Origin: Candidatus Aenigmatarchaeota archaeon
GTDB taxonomy: Archaea > Aenigmatarchaeota > Aenigmatarchaeia > CG10238-14 > SpSt-28
Reading direction: 5' to 3'
Length of the DNA stretch: 64,000 bases
Assembly: GCA_038733315.1 (NCBI GenBank)
Contig: JAVYPJ010000002.1
Span: forward strand, 1-64,000
Positions 9,493 to 20,200 of this stretch are shown one piece after another. Both the position numbers and the translations under genes were made by a program. The first letter of the stretch is position 1. Every line of letters starts with the position of its first letter. The notes under the pieces are model-generated. The model made no database searches. It was not told where the DNA came from and was given only the letters and a program-made list of their open reading frames with translations.

Positions 9493-10964
9493 AGACAGTA
9501 AAAAAATATACTATAAATTTAGATTTTATAACTGCAGAAGTAGAAATAGTAGATAGGAACGATTTCGTTATGTATTACGAAATTAAATTGCCCAAGCTAG
9601 AAAAAGGTGCAGAAATTTTAAAGGAAGAGGTTAAAGAAAAAATAATTTCAGAAATCCCGATTAAAGAGTTTGTAGATAAAGAGGGCTATGAAAAGTTGAA
9701 AACTGAAATTTTCAAAAAAACAAAAGAAGAAATAAAAAAAATAATAAAGCTTAGAGAAAGTGAGCTAAATTTTTTAGCGAACTTAATCACAATAGAAATG
9801 TTAGGTACTGGAATAATAGAACTTTTAATTGCCGATCCAAATTTAGAAGAAATAGCCATTAACAATTCTAAGGAACCTATTTGGGTATATCATAAGAGCT
9901 TTGGTTGGTTAAAAACAAACATAATTCTAAAAAGCGAGCAGGAAATAAGCAATATAGCAAGTATTATAGGAAGAAGAGTTGGTAGACAAATAAATATTTT
10001 AAATCCATTAATGGACGCATATTTATTAAGCGGAGATAGAGTAAATGCAACTCTTTTTCCAATAAGTGCTTTTGGAAATACTATAACAATAAGAAAATTT
10101 AGAAGAAATCCTTGGACGATAATAGATTTCATAAATACCAAAACAATATCCTTGGATGCAGCAGCTTACATTTGGCAAGCAGTGCAATATGAATTAAACA
10201 TAATTATTGCTGGCGGTACCGGAAGCGGAAAAACTTCGTTATTAAACGTAATTTTAGAGTTTATTCCTCCAAACCAAAGGATTGTTAGCATTGAAGATAC
10301 AAGAGAAATTTCTTTAACATCTTTTCATCATTGGGTTCCTTTAGTTACCAGAGCCGCTAGTGCAGAAGGTAAAGGAGAGATAAGAATGTTAGATTTGTTA
10401 GTAAATAGCTTAAGAATGCGTCCAGATAGAATAGTTGTTGGAGAAATAAGAAGAGCAGAAGAAGCTGAAGTATTATTCGAAGCAATGCATACTGGTCATA
10501 GCGTGTATGCAACTTTACATGCAGAAACTGCGGAGCAAGCATACAGAAGATTAACTCACGAACCAATTAATGTTCCTGAAACTTTAATGGAAAGTTTACA
10601 TTTATTTGCTGTAATGTTTAGAGAAAGGAGAAGAGGTATAAGAAGATTATTCCAAATAAGCGAAGTAGTTAACTTTATGCCTCAAAAAGTTAACGATTTA
10701 TATAGATGGGATCCAAAGATAGATGAAATAAAGAAGGCAAACGAAAGTTTAAGGATAAGTGAAGAGTTAGAATTATTTACTGGGTTAACCAAAAAAGAGC
10801 AATTGGATGATTTAGAAGAAAAAAAGAAAATTTTGAAGTGGTTCTTAGATAATAATTTTAACGGAATAGAAAACATAGGAAAAATAGTTGCAATATACTA
10901 TAAAAACAAAGAAGAAGTTTTAAATGCAATATCTAATAACAAAAAACCACAATCTTTATTATGA
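9489..10964 (+). CDS. Type IV pilus / type II-IV secretion ATPase (TadA/CpaF/VirB11 family)
   Basis: Walker A GGTGSGKT, SIEDTRE, LRMRPDRIVVGEIR, MHTGH and TLHA motifs. Confidence 0.95.
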   Translation: MKTVKKYTINLDFITAEVEIVDRNDFVMYYEIKLPKLEKGAEILKEEVKEKIISEIPIKEFVDKEGYEKLKTEIFKKTKEEIKKIIKLRESELNFLANLITIEMLGTGIIELLIADPNLEEIAINNSKEPIWVYHKSFGWLKTNIILKSEQEISNIASIIGRRVGRQINILNPLMDAYLLSGDRVNATLFPISAFGNTITIRKFRRNPWTIIDFINTKTISLDAAAYIWQAVQYELNIIIAGGTGSGKTSLLNVILEFIPPNQRIVSIEDTREISLTSFHHWVPLVTRAASAEGKGEIRMLDLLVNSLRMRPDRIVVGEIRRAEEAEVLFEAMHTGHSVYATLHAETAEQAYRRLTHEPINVPETLMESLHLFAVMFRERRRGIRRLFQISEVVNFMPQKVNDLYRWDPKIDEIKKANESLRISEELELFTGLTKKEQLDDLEEKKKILKWFLDNNFNGIENIGKIVAIYYKNKEEVLNAISNNKKPQSLL

Positions 10965-11833
10965 GAATTCCCCTTTTACCCTTAAAGCCAGAAAAAGTTT
11001 TAACAATATCAAAAAAGACATTTATTTATATTTTAGCAGATAAACTTTCAAAAATTTTACCATTAGAAGTTACATTAAAGCAAGCAGACATACCTTATGA
11101 AGAAAGAGATTGGTTATCTTTTGCTATTTATTCTTCTCTTCATTGGTTTTTTATTTTATTTTCTATACTTTTTTTTATCGGAATAATTTCTAAAACTAAC
11201 ATTTTTTTAATTTCTTTACTTCTTTCTTCTATTTTTTCTTCCTTTACATTTATCTATTTTATCCTTTATCCAAAGCTAATAGTTTCAAGAAAAGTTAGAG
11301 ATATAGAAAAAAATCTGCCATTCGTTTTAAGACAGTTACTAATAGAATTAAGGGGTGGAGTAACTTTATATGATGCCTTAGTCTCCATTTCTAACCAAGA
11401 TTATGGAGTTTTGAGTAAAGAATTTAGAGAGGCTACGAAAAAAATTTCATCTGGATATTCAGAGGTTAAAGTCTTAGAAGAATTAATACTAAAAATCCCA
11501 TCTCAAAAATTTAGAAAGAGCATGTGGCAAATCGTAAATTCATTAAGAAGTGGAGTAGAAATTTCAGAAGTATTAAAAAGCATAGTTAATAATATTATTA
11601 ACGAGCAGAGAACTGAAATAAAAGAATATGCATCCTCATTAAATCCAATAGCCCTTTCTTTTATGATGTTCTGTGTTATCTTTCCAACTATGGGTTTAAT
11701 ATTAGTATTACTCTTATCAAGTTTTATTGGAATAAAAATACCAAAAGAAATGTTTTACCTTTTTTTAATAATGATAGCCTTTGTTCAGTTCAACTTCATT
11801 GGTTTAATAAAAACTAGAAGACCATCAATATGA
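10961..11833 (+). CDS. Type II secretion system F family (TadB/TadC-like) membrane platform protein
   Basis: IEKNLPFVLRQL..LRGG and YGVLSKEF motifs; multiple TM helices; follows the ATPase. Confidence 0.9.
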   Translation: MRIPLLPLKPEKVLTISKKTFIYILADKLSKILPLEVTLKQADIPYEERDWLSFAIYSSLHWFFILFSILFFIGIISKTNIFLISLLLSSIFSSFTFIYFILYPKLIVSRKVRDIEKNLPFVLRQLLIELRGGVTLYDALVSISNQDYGVLSKEFREATKKISSGYSEVKVLEELILKIPSQKFRKSMWQIVNSLRSGVEISEVLKSIVNNIINEQRTEIKEYASSLNPIALSFMMFCVIFPTMGLILVLLLSSFIGIKIPKEMFYLFLIMIAFVQFNFIGLIKTRRPSI

Positions 11834-12771
11834 GATTAGAAGCTATAATACCAAAATTTTATATTAGATGGATAAGAGAAAAACTAGAATTTTTAGATTT
11901 AAAAATCCAAGAAAAAGATTTTATAAGGCTTCAATTATTTTTTTCTTTACTTTCAGTTTTTGTTATAATACTTATATCTAAGAACTTTCTATATGCTTTA
12001 ATAGCTTTTATATCAACATTTTTGGCCTTTATTTTTCTTTTATACTTAAGTATTGAAAATGCAAAAAAGCAGGTTGAAGTGAATTTACCAGAATATATTA
12101 GTCTATTATCTTCAAATATAAAAAGTGGATTAACCTTAGAAGAATCTATATTATCGAGCTGTAGAAAGGAATTTGGAATATTAGATAAAATATTTAGGAG
12201 CATAGGAAAAGAAATATATAGCGGAAAAGAAATTACAGAGGTATTAAAGAAGTATTCTAAAAAGTATAAGATAGAGGTGTTACAGAGGTTTTTATACTTA
12301 TTAGAAGAAGGAATAAAAAAAGGTTCAAAAATTTCCGATTTACTTTTTGAGGTTAGCGAAGATTTAAGAAATAGAATTGTTTTGAAAAAAGAGCTGAGTT
12401 CTGTTGTAAGCTTATATTCTATGTTTATAATTTTTGCCGTAATCTTTGGTATGCCCATTTTATTTGGCATAACTACTTATTTTGTTCATACAATTCAAAC
12501 GATAGCTCCAAAAAACTTTGAAGCTAAGCTTCCTATAAATGTTCCATTAAGCTTTAAGGGAATAGATATAGATACAAACTTTATAAAAAACTTCGCAATT
12601 CTAACTATTATTATAACATCATTTTTTTCTAGCATGATGATAGGCGCTTTAAAAGAGGGGAATGAAAAAGTTGGCTTAAAATATTTTCCAGCGATTTTAA
12701 TTATTTCTATTATCCTATTTTTTGCAGTACAATTTTTAATATCTCAAATATTAGGATTTTTAATATTTTAA
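11830..12771 (+). CDS. Second type II secretion system F family (TadC-like) protein
   Basis: VEVNLPEYISLLSSNIKSGLTLEES and EFGIL motifs; TM helices. Confidence 0.9.
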   Translation: MRLEAIIPKFYIRWIREKLEFLDLKIQEKDFIRLQLFFSLLSVFVIILISKNFLYALIAFISTFLAFIFLLYLSIENAKKQVEVNLPEYISLLSSNIKSGLTLEESILSSCRKEFGILDKIFRSIGKEIYSGKEITEVLKKYSKKYKIEVLQRFLYLLEEGIKKGSKISDLLFEVSEDLRNRIVLKKELSSVVSLYSMFIIFAVIFGMPILFGITTYFVHTIQTIAPKNFEAKLPINVPLSFKGIDIDTNFIKNFAILTIIITSFFSSMMIGALKEGNEKVGLKYFPAILIISIILFFAVQFLISQILGFLIF

Positions 12772-12786
12772 ATAGTTTTAATTTTT

Positions 12787-13299
12787 ATGGATGAAGACGA
12801 TAGTGAACGGTGTCTGCTACTAAAAACTCAAATAAAAATAAGGAGTGCTAATATAGATGATATAGAGAACTTTGTTTCGGCATATATTTTAAGCTATAGC
12901 GATGAGAGTGTTAAGAAATATTCTTTTTCGAAAATTAGCAGAATAAAGAAATATTTTAAATGGCTTTTAAGGAAATGTAAAGAGAATTTGTTAGTAGCTG
13001 AAGTAAACGGAAAAATAGCTGGTTTTATTTGCTGTGATACAAATTTTTTTAGCAAAAAAGAAAATAAGAGAGTACTTGAAATACATGAATTCTTTGTTAT
13101 ACCGGAATATAGAGGAATTGGCATAGGAAAAATGTTATTAGAAAAATCGATTGAAATAGCGAAAAATAATGGAATAGAAATTATAGAGTTAGTGGTTGGT
13201 GAAGAAAATTTTAGGGCCATAAGTTTTTACGAAAAAAACAATTTTGAAGCTAAGGAAAAAATTGGTAGATGGGTTAGAATGATTAAAAAAATAAAATAA
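12787..13299 (+). CDS. GNAT family N-acetyltransferase
   Basis: FVIPEYRGIGIGKMLL acetyl-CoA motif; N..AISFYEK. Confidence 0.9.
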   Translation: MDEDDSERCLLLKTQIKIRSANIDDIENFVSAYILSYSDESVKKYSFSKISRIKKYFKWLLRKCKENLLVAEVNGKIAGFICCDTNFFSKKENKRVLEIHEFFVIPEYRGIGIGKMLLEKSIEIAKNNGIEIIELVVGEENFRAISFYEKNNFEAKEKIGRWVRMIKKIK

Positions 13300-13314
13300 T
13301 TTTATGCATAATAG

Positions 13315-13570
13315 TTGAGATAGATAGGTAGCCGGGCGACTACTGCTACATAGCAGAGGAAATTCCCCCCATCGAGGTTTCGAGGTTTAATAAGCCTCTA
13401 TCCAGGCATCAGAAACGTAACTTATACACATTCAATGATAATGATGCCAAAAGCTGATGAGATGTGTATAAGATGAAACGGGCCTGGAAGCTAATGAGAT
13501 GCAAGCCCTCAAGGCGCCTAGACGAATGTCGCCTAAAACAGAAGGGGGGGTTATGGCTACCTATCCTCAA
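13315..13570 (+). ncRNA. rnpB: RNase P RNA (compact, type M-like)
   Basis: P1 gataggtagcc (13323) / ggctacctatc (13565); P2 gggcgac/gtcgcct; CR-I GAGGAAAttcccccc pairing with CR-V AACAGAAggggggg (P4); CR-II agaaac; P12 cttatacaca/tgtgtataag; CR-III tgaaac. Confidence 0.93.
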
Positions 13571-13573
13571 AAA

Positions 13574-15283
13574 TTATTTATGAATAAAAATAAATTCATA
13601 AACATCATTTTTAATACTTTCTAATTTTACAAATCCAAACCTAACAAATTGTACTCTTTCTCCAATTAAAATTTTCTTTATTGTACTTTCACCATATCCA
13701 AAAATCTCTTTTAAACTATTTTCATTAATTTTTCCATCTATAAGAATTTTTTCACCCTTTATAACTTTAACTTTAACAAAATCGTCATTAATGCTAATCC
13801 ATTGGATTTTTTTAATATCCTTTTTCAATTCTTCACCAATTTTTTCTGCAACAATTTCGTTTTCTGTCTTTTCAACAATTCTTATGTTATAAAGGTCTAT
13901 TAATCTTATTTCATCGTTCTCTTTTAATTCTTCAAAATCCCTTTCGGAAATAAAAAACTCGCCCTTAGTTAAAATTTCCCTATAGCCTCTTTCCTCAAAA
14001 TCTGGATGAAATTTAATTTTTGCAAATTTTGTTGGTGCGTTAATAACTTTTAATCTTTTTGGATTATCTACAAAAAAATATCTATTTGCATACTTATCTA
14101 AGTGTTGTCTATTTATGCTCTCTAGCATTTCTATTTCTATTTTCCCTTCAGTTTTAGAAATTCCAGTTCTTTTTACAAAATCTATTATAGAAGAAGGCAA
14201 ATATCCTTTTCTTCTAAGAGCGCTTATAGTTAGCAATCTTATGTCGCTATATCCACTTAGAAATCCTTTTTGAATCAATTCTCTAATTTTTCTTCCAGAA
14301 GTTATTTGGTCCTTTATTTCAAACCTTGCTATTTCAATTATTATAGGATGTTTATTAATTCCTAAAGCCTCTCTAATCCAGTTCTGAAGCTCAGTTCTTA
14401 ATTCAAATTCTTTTGTTCTAAATCTATGCGTTATTTTTTCCCAATAGTCAAGCATTGCTGTTCCAAAATCATATAATGGCCAAACACAATATTTATTTCC
14501 AACAATCGGATGCTCTTTAAATGAAATTCTTAGTAATGAAGGATCTCTCATTATATAATTTTTGCTATTCATATCGATTTTCGCCCTTATATGTACTTCA
14601 TTTTCTTTATACTTTCCAGAAATCATTTCTTCAAATATTTTTAAATTTTTTTCTATAGGAAAGTTTCTATGCTCACATTCAATTCCTTTAATTCTATATT
14701 CTTTAATTTTTTCTTTCGGACAAAAACAGGCATACGCTTTATTTCTTAGAATTAAAAGCTTAGCGGCTTCATAGTATTCTTCTAAATGCAAACTTAAAAC
14801 ATCTTCTTCATCCCAATTTATATCTAGCCATTTAAGGTCTTCTCTTATAGAATTATAATATTCTCTTTTTACTTTTTCCGGATTACTATCCTCGAATCTT
14901 AGAATGAATTTTCCATCATATTTTTTAGAATAATAATAATTTAGAAAAGCACTTTTTACATGGCCTAAATGCAAATATTTGCTTGGTTCAGGAGGAAAGG
15001 CTGTAATAACTTTACCTTTTTCAGCCATAGGCAATTCAAACTCTTTTTCTTTCCTTTCTTCTATAACAACATTCAATTCATTTAACATCTTTTCTAAGCT
15101 TTCTCTAGGCAATCTATTTATTTCCTCAATTTTTTTATCTATGATTTCACTTATTTCACGTATTTTTTCCTTTAACTCCTTATTTTCAGAAATTATTTTT
15201 GAGATTACAACATTTTTATTAGCTTTACCATATTTTAATGCGTTTAAAACTAAATGCTTTAAAACAAGGTTTTCTATATCCAT
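13574..15283 (-). CDS. gltX: Glutamate--tRNA ligase (archaeal type)
   Basis: FPPEPSKYLHLGH, LRFEDSNP, RVQFVRFGF. Confidence 0.95.
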   Translation of the reverse strand: MDIENLVLKHLVLNALKYGKANKNVVISKIISENKELKEKIREISEIIDKKIEEINRLPRESLEKMLNELNVVIEERKEKEFELPMAEKGKVITAFPPEPSKYLHLGHVKSAFLNYYYSKKYDGKFILRFEDSNPEKVKREYYNSIREDLKWLDINWDEEDVLSLHLEEYYEAAKLLILRNKAYACFCPKEKIKEYRIKGIECEHRNFPIEKNLKIFEEMISGKYKENEVHIRAKIDMNSKNYIMRDPSLLRISFKEHPIVGNKYCVWPLYDFGTAMLDYWEKITHRFRTKEFELRTELQNWIREALGINKHPIIIEIARFEIKDQITSGRKIRELIQKGFLSGYSDIRLLTISALRRKGYLPSSIIDFVKRTGISKTEGKIEIEMLESINRQHLDKYANRYFFVDNPKRLKVINAPTKFAKIKFHPDFEERGYREILTKGEFFISERDFEELKENDEIRLIDLYNIRIVEKTENEIVAEKIGEELKKDIKKIQWISINDDFVKVKVIKGEKILIDGKINENSLKEIFGYGESTIKKILIGERVQFVRFGFVKLESIKNDVYEFIFIHK

Positions 15284-15312
15284 AAATATCTAAAAATTAA
15301 TAATAACTAATT

Positions 15313-15609
15313 ATGGCAATAACTGTAAAGAATGTAATAGAGTTGTATGACAAGGATGTCTTTACAACAAAAGGGCAATACGCTGGTAGAGTGAAAGATG
15401 TAGAAATAGATATAGGTAGAGGTAGAATAAGAGCACTAGCAGTAGAAGTGGCAAAAGGAAGCTTTTTAGAGGCAATTTTGGGCGGTAGAAAAACTTTAAT
15501 AGTGCCATATAGTTTAATAAATTCCATAGGTGACATAGTGCTAATAAAGTACGATTTCAGCGAATTGCAAAAAGAGCAGTCGCAATCTCAAAAAGAAGTT
15601 GAGGAATGA
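15313..15609 (+). CDS. PRC-barrel domain protein (CdpB-like)
   Basis: KDVFTTKGQYAGRVKDVEID...VPYSLINSIGDIVLI. Confidence 0.88.
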   Translation: MAITVKNVIELYDKDVFTTKGQYAGRVKDVEIDIGRGRIRALAVEVAKGSFLEAILGGRKTLIVPYSLINSIGDIVLIKYDFSELQKEQSQSQKEVEE

Positions 15610-15857
15610 AACCAAGGAAAGTTAAGGAGTTAGAATGGCAGCAGGTTGGAAACATTTACATATTAATAGATAAAAAAGATAACAAAACATTTACTCTTGA
15701 CGCAATTTCTTTTTTGGTTTGGATGCAGTGCGATGGCGAAAAAGATATAGAAGATTTAGTTGATTTGTTTTCAATAAACGGAAATAGGGATATAGTAAAA
15801 GGAGCGGTTTTAAACATTTTAGAAAATTTAAAGGGCTTAAATCTTATTGAATGGTAA
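15606..15857 (+). CDS. PqqD family (RRE-fold/wHTH-like) small protein
   Basis: FTLDAISFLVWMQCDGEKDIEDLV...LENLKGLNLIE matches the PqqD pattern. Confidence 0.75.
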   Translation: MKPRKVKELEWQQVGNIYILIDKKDNKTFTLDAISFLVWMQCDGEKDIEDLVDLFSINGNRDIVKGAVLNILENLKGLNLIEW

Positions 15858-16519
15858 TAGAAAGAGTATCAACTGGAGTACCGGGATTGGATGAATTAAT
15901 TGAAGGCGGATTTGTTAGAGGTTGCAGCGTTTTAGTTAGTGGATATCCTGGTTCTGGAAAAACTCTTTTGGGATTTCATTTTTTATTGGATGGTTTAAAG
16001 AAAAACGAAAATGGAATATATTTTTCGCTTGAAGAATCTAAGGAAGATTTACTTCAAGATGTAGAAAGGTTTGGTTGGAGAGAATTTTTTGAACAGAAAG
16101 AGAAAGAGGGTAAATTCTTAATTTGCAACATTTTACCTAGTAGCATAGAAAAAATCTCTTCAGAAATAATTAGATATGTTAACTTAATACAACCAAAAAG
16201 AATAGTAATAGATAGTGTAACTTTAATAGAAAACGCCTGGGAAAGTTATCAAGATATTGGAAAATTAAGGAGAAGTGTTTATTCCTTAATAAAAGAGCTA
16301 AAAAACAAAAAAATAACTGTAATGTTATTGGCTGAGGCAAAGAAAGATGAAATATCTTTCGAAGAATTTTTGGTAGATGGAGTAATAAAACTCTTTTATT
16401 TGGCTCAATCTTTACCAAGAGCTATACAAATAACAAAAATGAGAAAAACAAAACATACCTTAGATTTAATACCTTTTGAAATAACTGAAAATGGTATTCA
16501 AGTAAAGAAAATAATCTAA
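15851..16519 (+). CDS. KaiC/RAD55-family single-domain ATPase
   Basis: STGVPGLDELIEGG, Walker A GYPGSGKT, SLEE, IVIDS, KMRKTKH. Confidence 0.92.
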   Translation: MVIERVSTGVPGLDELIEGGFVRGCSVLVSGYPGSGKTLLGFHFLLDGLKKNENGIYFSLEESKEDLLQDVERFGWREFFEQKEKEGKFLICNILPSSIEKISSEIIRYVNLIQPKRIVIDSVTLIENAWESYQDIGKLRRSVYSLIKELKNKKITVMLLAEAKKDEISFEEFLVDGVIKLFYLAQSLPRAIQITKMRKTKHTLDLIPFEITENGIQVKKII

Positions 16520-17250
16520 ACTTTCTCTATTTCTTCAATCTTAAGCACTTTTATACCATCTTGTGTTATTCTAAAAGGATGAATTAAAGTTGAATGGTTT
16601 GTTCTTCTCATTTTTCTTATAGTTAAAGTTCTTTGAAATTCTTCGCTAACAGGAACAAAATCTAGTTTAATAACGGCATCTACAAGAAACTCTACTATTC
16701 CACTCCCACTTAACTTATTACTTCCTTCTTCGATTGTTCCGGTTAGAAGTGTAGTTATGTCATAGCTTTTTAATTTATCTATTAACAAACCAAGGCCTAC
16801 TCTAGCTAAATATACATCTTTTAAAAACTGCTCTATCATACTTACACTATCTATAACAACCCTTTTTACATCTATTTCTCTTTTTGCGATATCTATTTTT
16901 TCTATTAGACTATTTATATATATTTTTATCAGTTTCGAAGGATCTATTTCGGTTGGTGAAAGTAAAATAGGTCTAACAGAATATATTTTTATTAATCCTT
17001 TTTGAACAGCCTCTTTAAACTTCCAATTTTTAAAGGTAGATTGGATGTCATTAACAATATCTTCTTCTGTTTCTTCTGTAGTAACGTATATTCCAGTTTC
17101 CCCTCTAATAGCACCGGCATATAAAAAACTTCCGCAAAATAAAGTTTTTCCAGTACCAGTTTTTCCAGTTATTAATATAGTACTTTTTTTGATAAAACCG
17201 CCTTCAATTAATTCATCTAATCCAATTATTCCAGATGAAATTCTCTCCAT
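16516..17250 (-). CDS. KaiC/RAD55-family single-domain ATPase
   Basis: SSGIIGLDELIEGG, GKTGTGKT, TTEE, VVIDS, KMRRTNHS. Confidence 0.92.
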   Translation of the reverse strand: MERISSGIIGLDELIEGGFIKKSTILITGKTGTGKTLFCGSFLYAGAIRGETGIYVTTEETEEDIVNDIQSTFKNWKFKEAVQKGLIKIYSVRPILLSPTEIDPSKLIKIYINSLIEKIDIAKREIDVKRVVIDSVSMIEQFLKDVYLARVGLGLLIDKLKSYDITTLLTGTIEEGSNKLSGSGIVEFLVDAVIKLDFVPVSEEFQRTLTIRKMRRTNHSTLIHPFRITQDGIKVLKIEEIEKV

Positions 17251-17255
17251 AAAAA

Positions 17256-20200
17256 TTATTGATTTTTCCTAATTAACTTTTTAATAACGTTTGAAACTAT
17301 TTTAATAAAATATTTTGGATTACTTCTTTCGAGTATTAATCTATTTTTTTCTTCGTTTAAAGTTTTTATTTTGCTTTTAACTTCTAATATTTTGTTTTGA
17401 GTCTCTGTAATCATTTTCCTAAACATTTCTTCCGAAACCTTTCTCATAAAGAATTGTTTTTGAATTTCCTTTCTTTGTTTTATAAGAACTTCTTCTTCTA
17501 CTAAAAGTTTTCTAATCTCCTTAGAAATTTTTATATAAGGAATAATTATTTGAGTTATAACATAGGCTGAAACAATTGAAGAAAATATACTTATTAAAAT
17601 TTCGTTTCTGTGTTTTGCAAAAAGTAGCTGTAGTTTTTTGTTTTCTACATAATCTTTTATTTTTTCTAAATTGTTCTTAAGAGTAACTATAGCATTTTCA
17701 AATTCTCTTACATTATTTTCTTCTATAAGCTTAGGAATAGATTCTATAATTTCTTCATTGCTTTTCCATATATTTTTTATTTCTTCGCTTAAAAGTCCGT
17801 ATCTATCCAATTCATTAATATAACTTCTAAGCATTTCTAATTGATATTTTACTTTTTCCTTTTCTTGAATTAAGTTACTAAGAGAAACAAAAATTTTAAC
17901 ACTCTTTGATATTATTCCTTTTTCTTCGCTTATATCAAAAACGTTTATATCTATTTTTTGTTCTCCGAGGCTTTCGTTTAGTCTTGCAGATATAAAGAAG
18001 GTTATTGTTTTTATTTCGTTAACATTTATTTCGAATTCCGATTCGCTCGAACTAATTATACAGCAAGTTGAGTTTAATATAATTTTTATTTTTGCAGGCT
18101 TTTTTCCAATATTTTTTAAAACCGCAGCAATTATTTTTGTTTCTCCCTGATGTATTGAAACTTCTTCTGAAGAGAGTAAGAAATCTATTTCTGTTGGAGT
18201 ACATAATATACTTTCAATACATCTTTCTTCAACGTCACAATTAGCTGGTTTACAACTTCTTACTTGATATAATTGGTTTAACTTACAGTTACCTTTTCCG
18301 CATCCAACATCTTGCCATTGAGTACATTCGCATTGTTTTATTATAGGCATTCCACCAGCCCCTATTCCTCCAAATCCAGGAGAAATAGCAGATTCTTGCA
18401 TAAGTTGCTTAGTACGAAGGATTATATAGCTATAACCTTCATTTCCAAAATAGTCTTTAACATAAAAGGAAATGTTAAATACTTGAGCAGGTAAATTAGG
18501 TGCATAGCATTGGGAAGTACAATCTTTAAAACTATAGAATTCATTAAGAAGTCCACATGCATTATAATAAAAAGAAGAAGAATTGAAAATAGTATAGTTA
18601 TAATTTTCATTAAAACAAGCAATTTCAGAGTATGCATTTTCAATAGTTTTATCTCTTCTTACATTAAAAACTTTTATAGCTGGTAATAATCCAGGACCGG
18701 TAATTGGCACTCCTATATCAAAAACATAATTTTGTGGCGGAGATAAAATATCTATGTAAAGAATATTCGAAAGAGTAATGTTTATCGATTTTAACCCCTT
18801 ATTACCATTTTTAGTAGCAGAAACATTTAAATTTATTAATCCTACATCAAAACTTCTATTATCTAAAAATATTTTAAAATAAGTCGTTTTATTAGAAATG
18901 TTGTAATTGCTTTCAATCCATTCAACATTATCTACTATAAAACCATTAACGTCTGTAGCAAAAAAACTAATTTCTTCGCCAAAATTATATAAATAGAATT
19001 GTGGAGTATAATCGATAAAATAGTGATCAAAAACAGCAAAACTCTTTTGTTCAGAGTTATTAAATTGTGACTGATTAAGATCATAAGCATAAATCTTTAC
19101 ATAATAATCTCCAGTTTTATTTATTTGGATTTTATCTTCAGAAAACTTAAATTCCCAAAGGGTATCTTCTACTCTTTGTAGAGATGCATTTATTGTAGTT
19201 TCATCTGGATAGATTATTTCGGCAATAACCTTAGTAACATAAATATTATCTGTAACAATAGCTCTTATTATTAAACTATCGTTAACATTAAAAACTGTAG
19301 AGTTTTTATCTTTTATAATAAATAGAAAGTCTTCGATGTTTGGCGGCTCGGTATCATATGGATATATAGTTATCGAAAAATTTATTGATGAATTACTAAA
19401 ACAAAATTCACAAGTAGAATTTACATAAGTTTGAATTGTAATATTTTCTTCTTCGGTAGGCATAGTAGCATATATTTTCCAAGAAGTAACGTTTTCTTTT
19501 TTCCAAAGTATAGATTCAACAAATTTTTCATAATTTTCATCTTCTGTTATATTTATGAAACTTGTGTTTTCTGAAATAAATGTTAGAGTTAAATTCTTTA
19601 AATCTCCCTTATAAGCTTTTACTCTTATAGTATAGTTTTGCGTTTGCCCAGATAACATTTTATGATGAGTTCCATTTTCAGTATCAACAAAAATTAAAGG
19701 GATACCATAGTTAACAAAAAAATTAGAGTTTCCAAATTCTATTTCATCTTCAAACTCAGTTATAGCGAAAAACTCAACATTATAGTATCCACTTCTAGTA
19801 AAGTTTGTAAAGTTAAAATAAAATTCATAACAATAATCTGTTCTTGGTTCTACTGCAAAAACCTCTATTTCATATATTACACCAATTCCAGAAATATTAA
19901 CAATAATTTCTTTTACTTTTATTGGAGTTTCTATATTAATCGATACAGTCGTTTTAGAAGAATTTATTTTCAAATTTTCAGCCAATAGGATATGGTTGTT
20001 TAAGTGATTAATATAAGAAATGTTTGCATATACATCTTGATCGCTAGGTCCTTGCCAAGTTATTAATATTTTGTTTATAGTAAATATTCTGTCTACAAAA
20101 GAAATGTTTAATCTAGATGGTCTATTATTCAAATTATACCATGCAGTATTTAAGTCATTATCTATGGAATTCATAGCTATATCGTTATTATCGCTTGCGT

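Noticed and set aside
9069..12470. Antisense ORFs in the track (e.g. 9069-9326, 9890-10141, 11931-12470) and similar ones across the window
   Set aside because: They are shadows of well-supported genes on the opposite strand, with F/S/I/L-rich composition typical of reverse-read K/E-rich genes.
15606..15857. PQQ or RiPP biosynthesis cluster
   Set aside because: No radical SAM enzyme, PqqB/C/E or precursor peptide nearby.
15851..17250. Circadian clock (KaiABC)
   Set aside because: Both proteins are single-domain KaiC-like ATPases, and no KaiA or KaiB is present.
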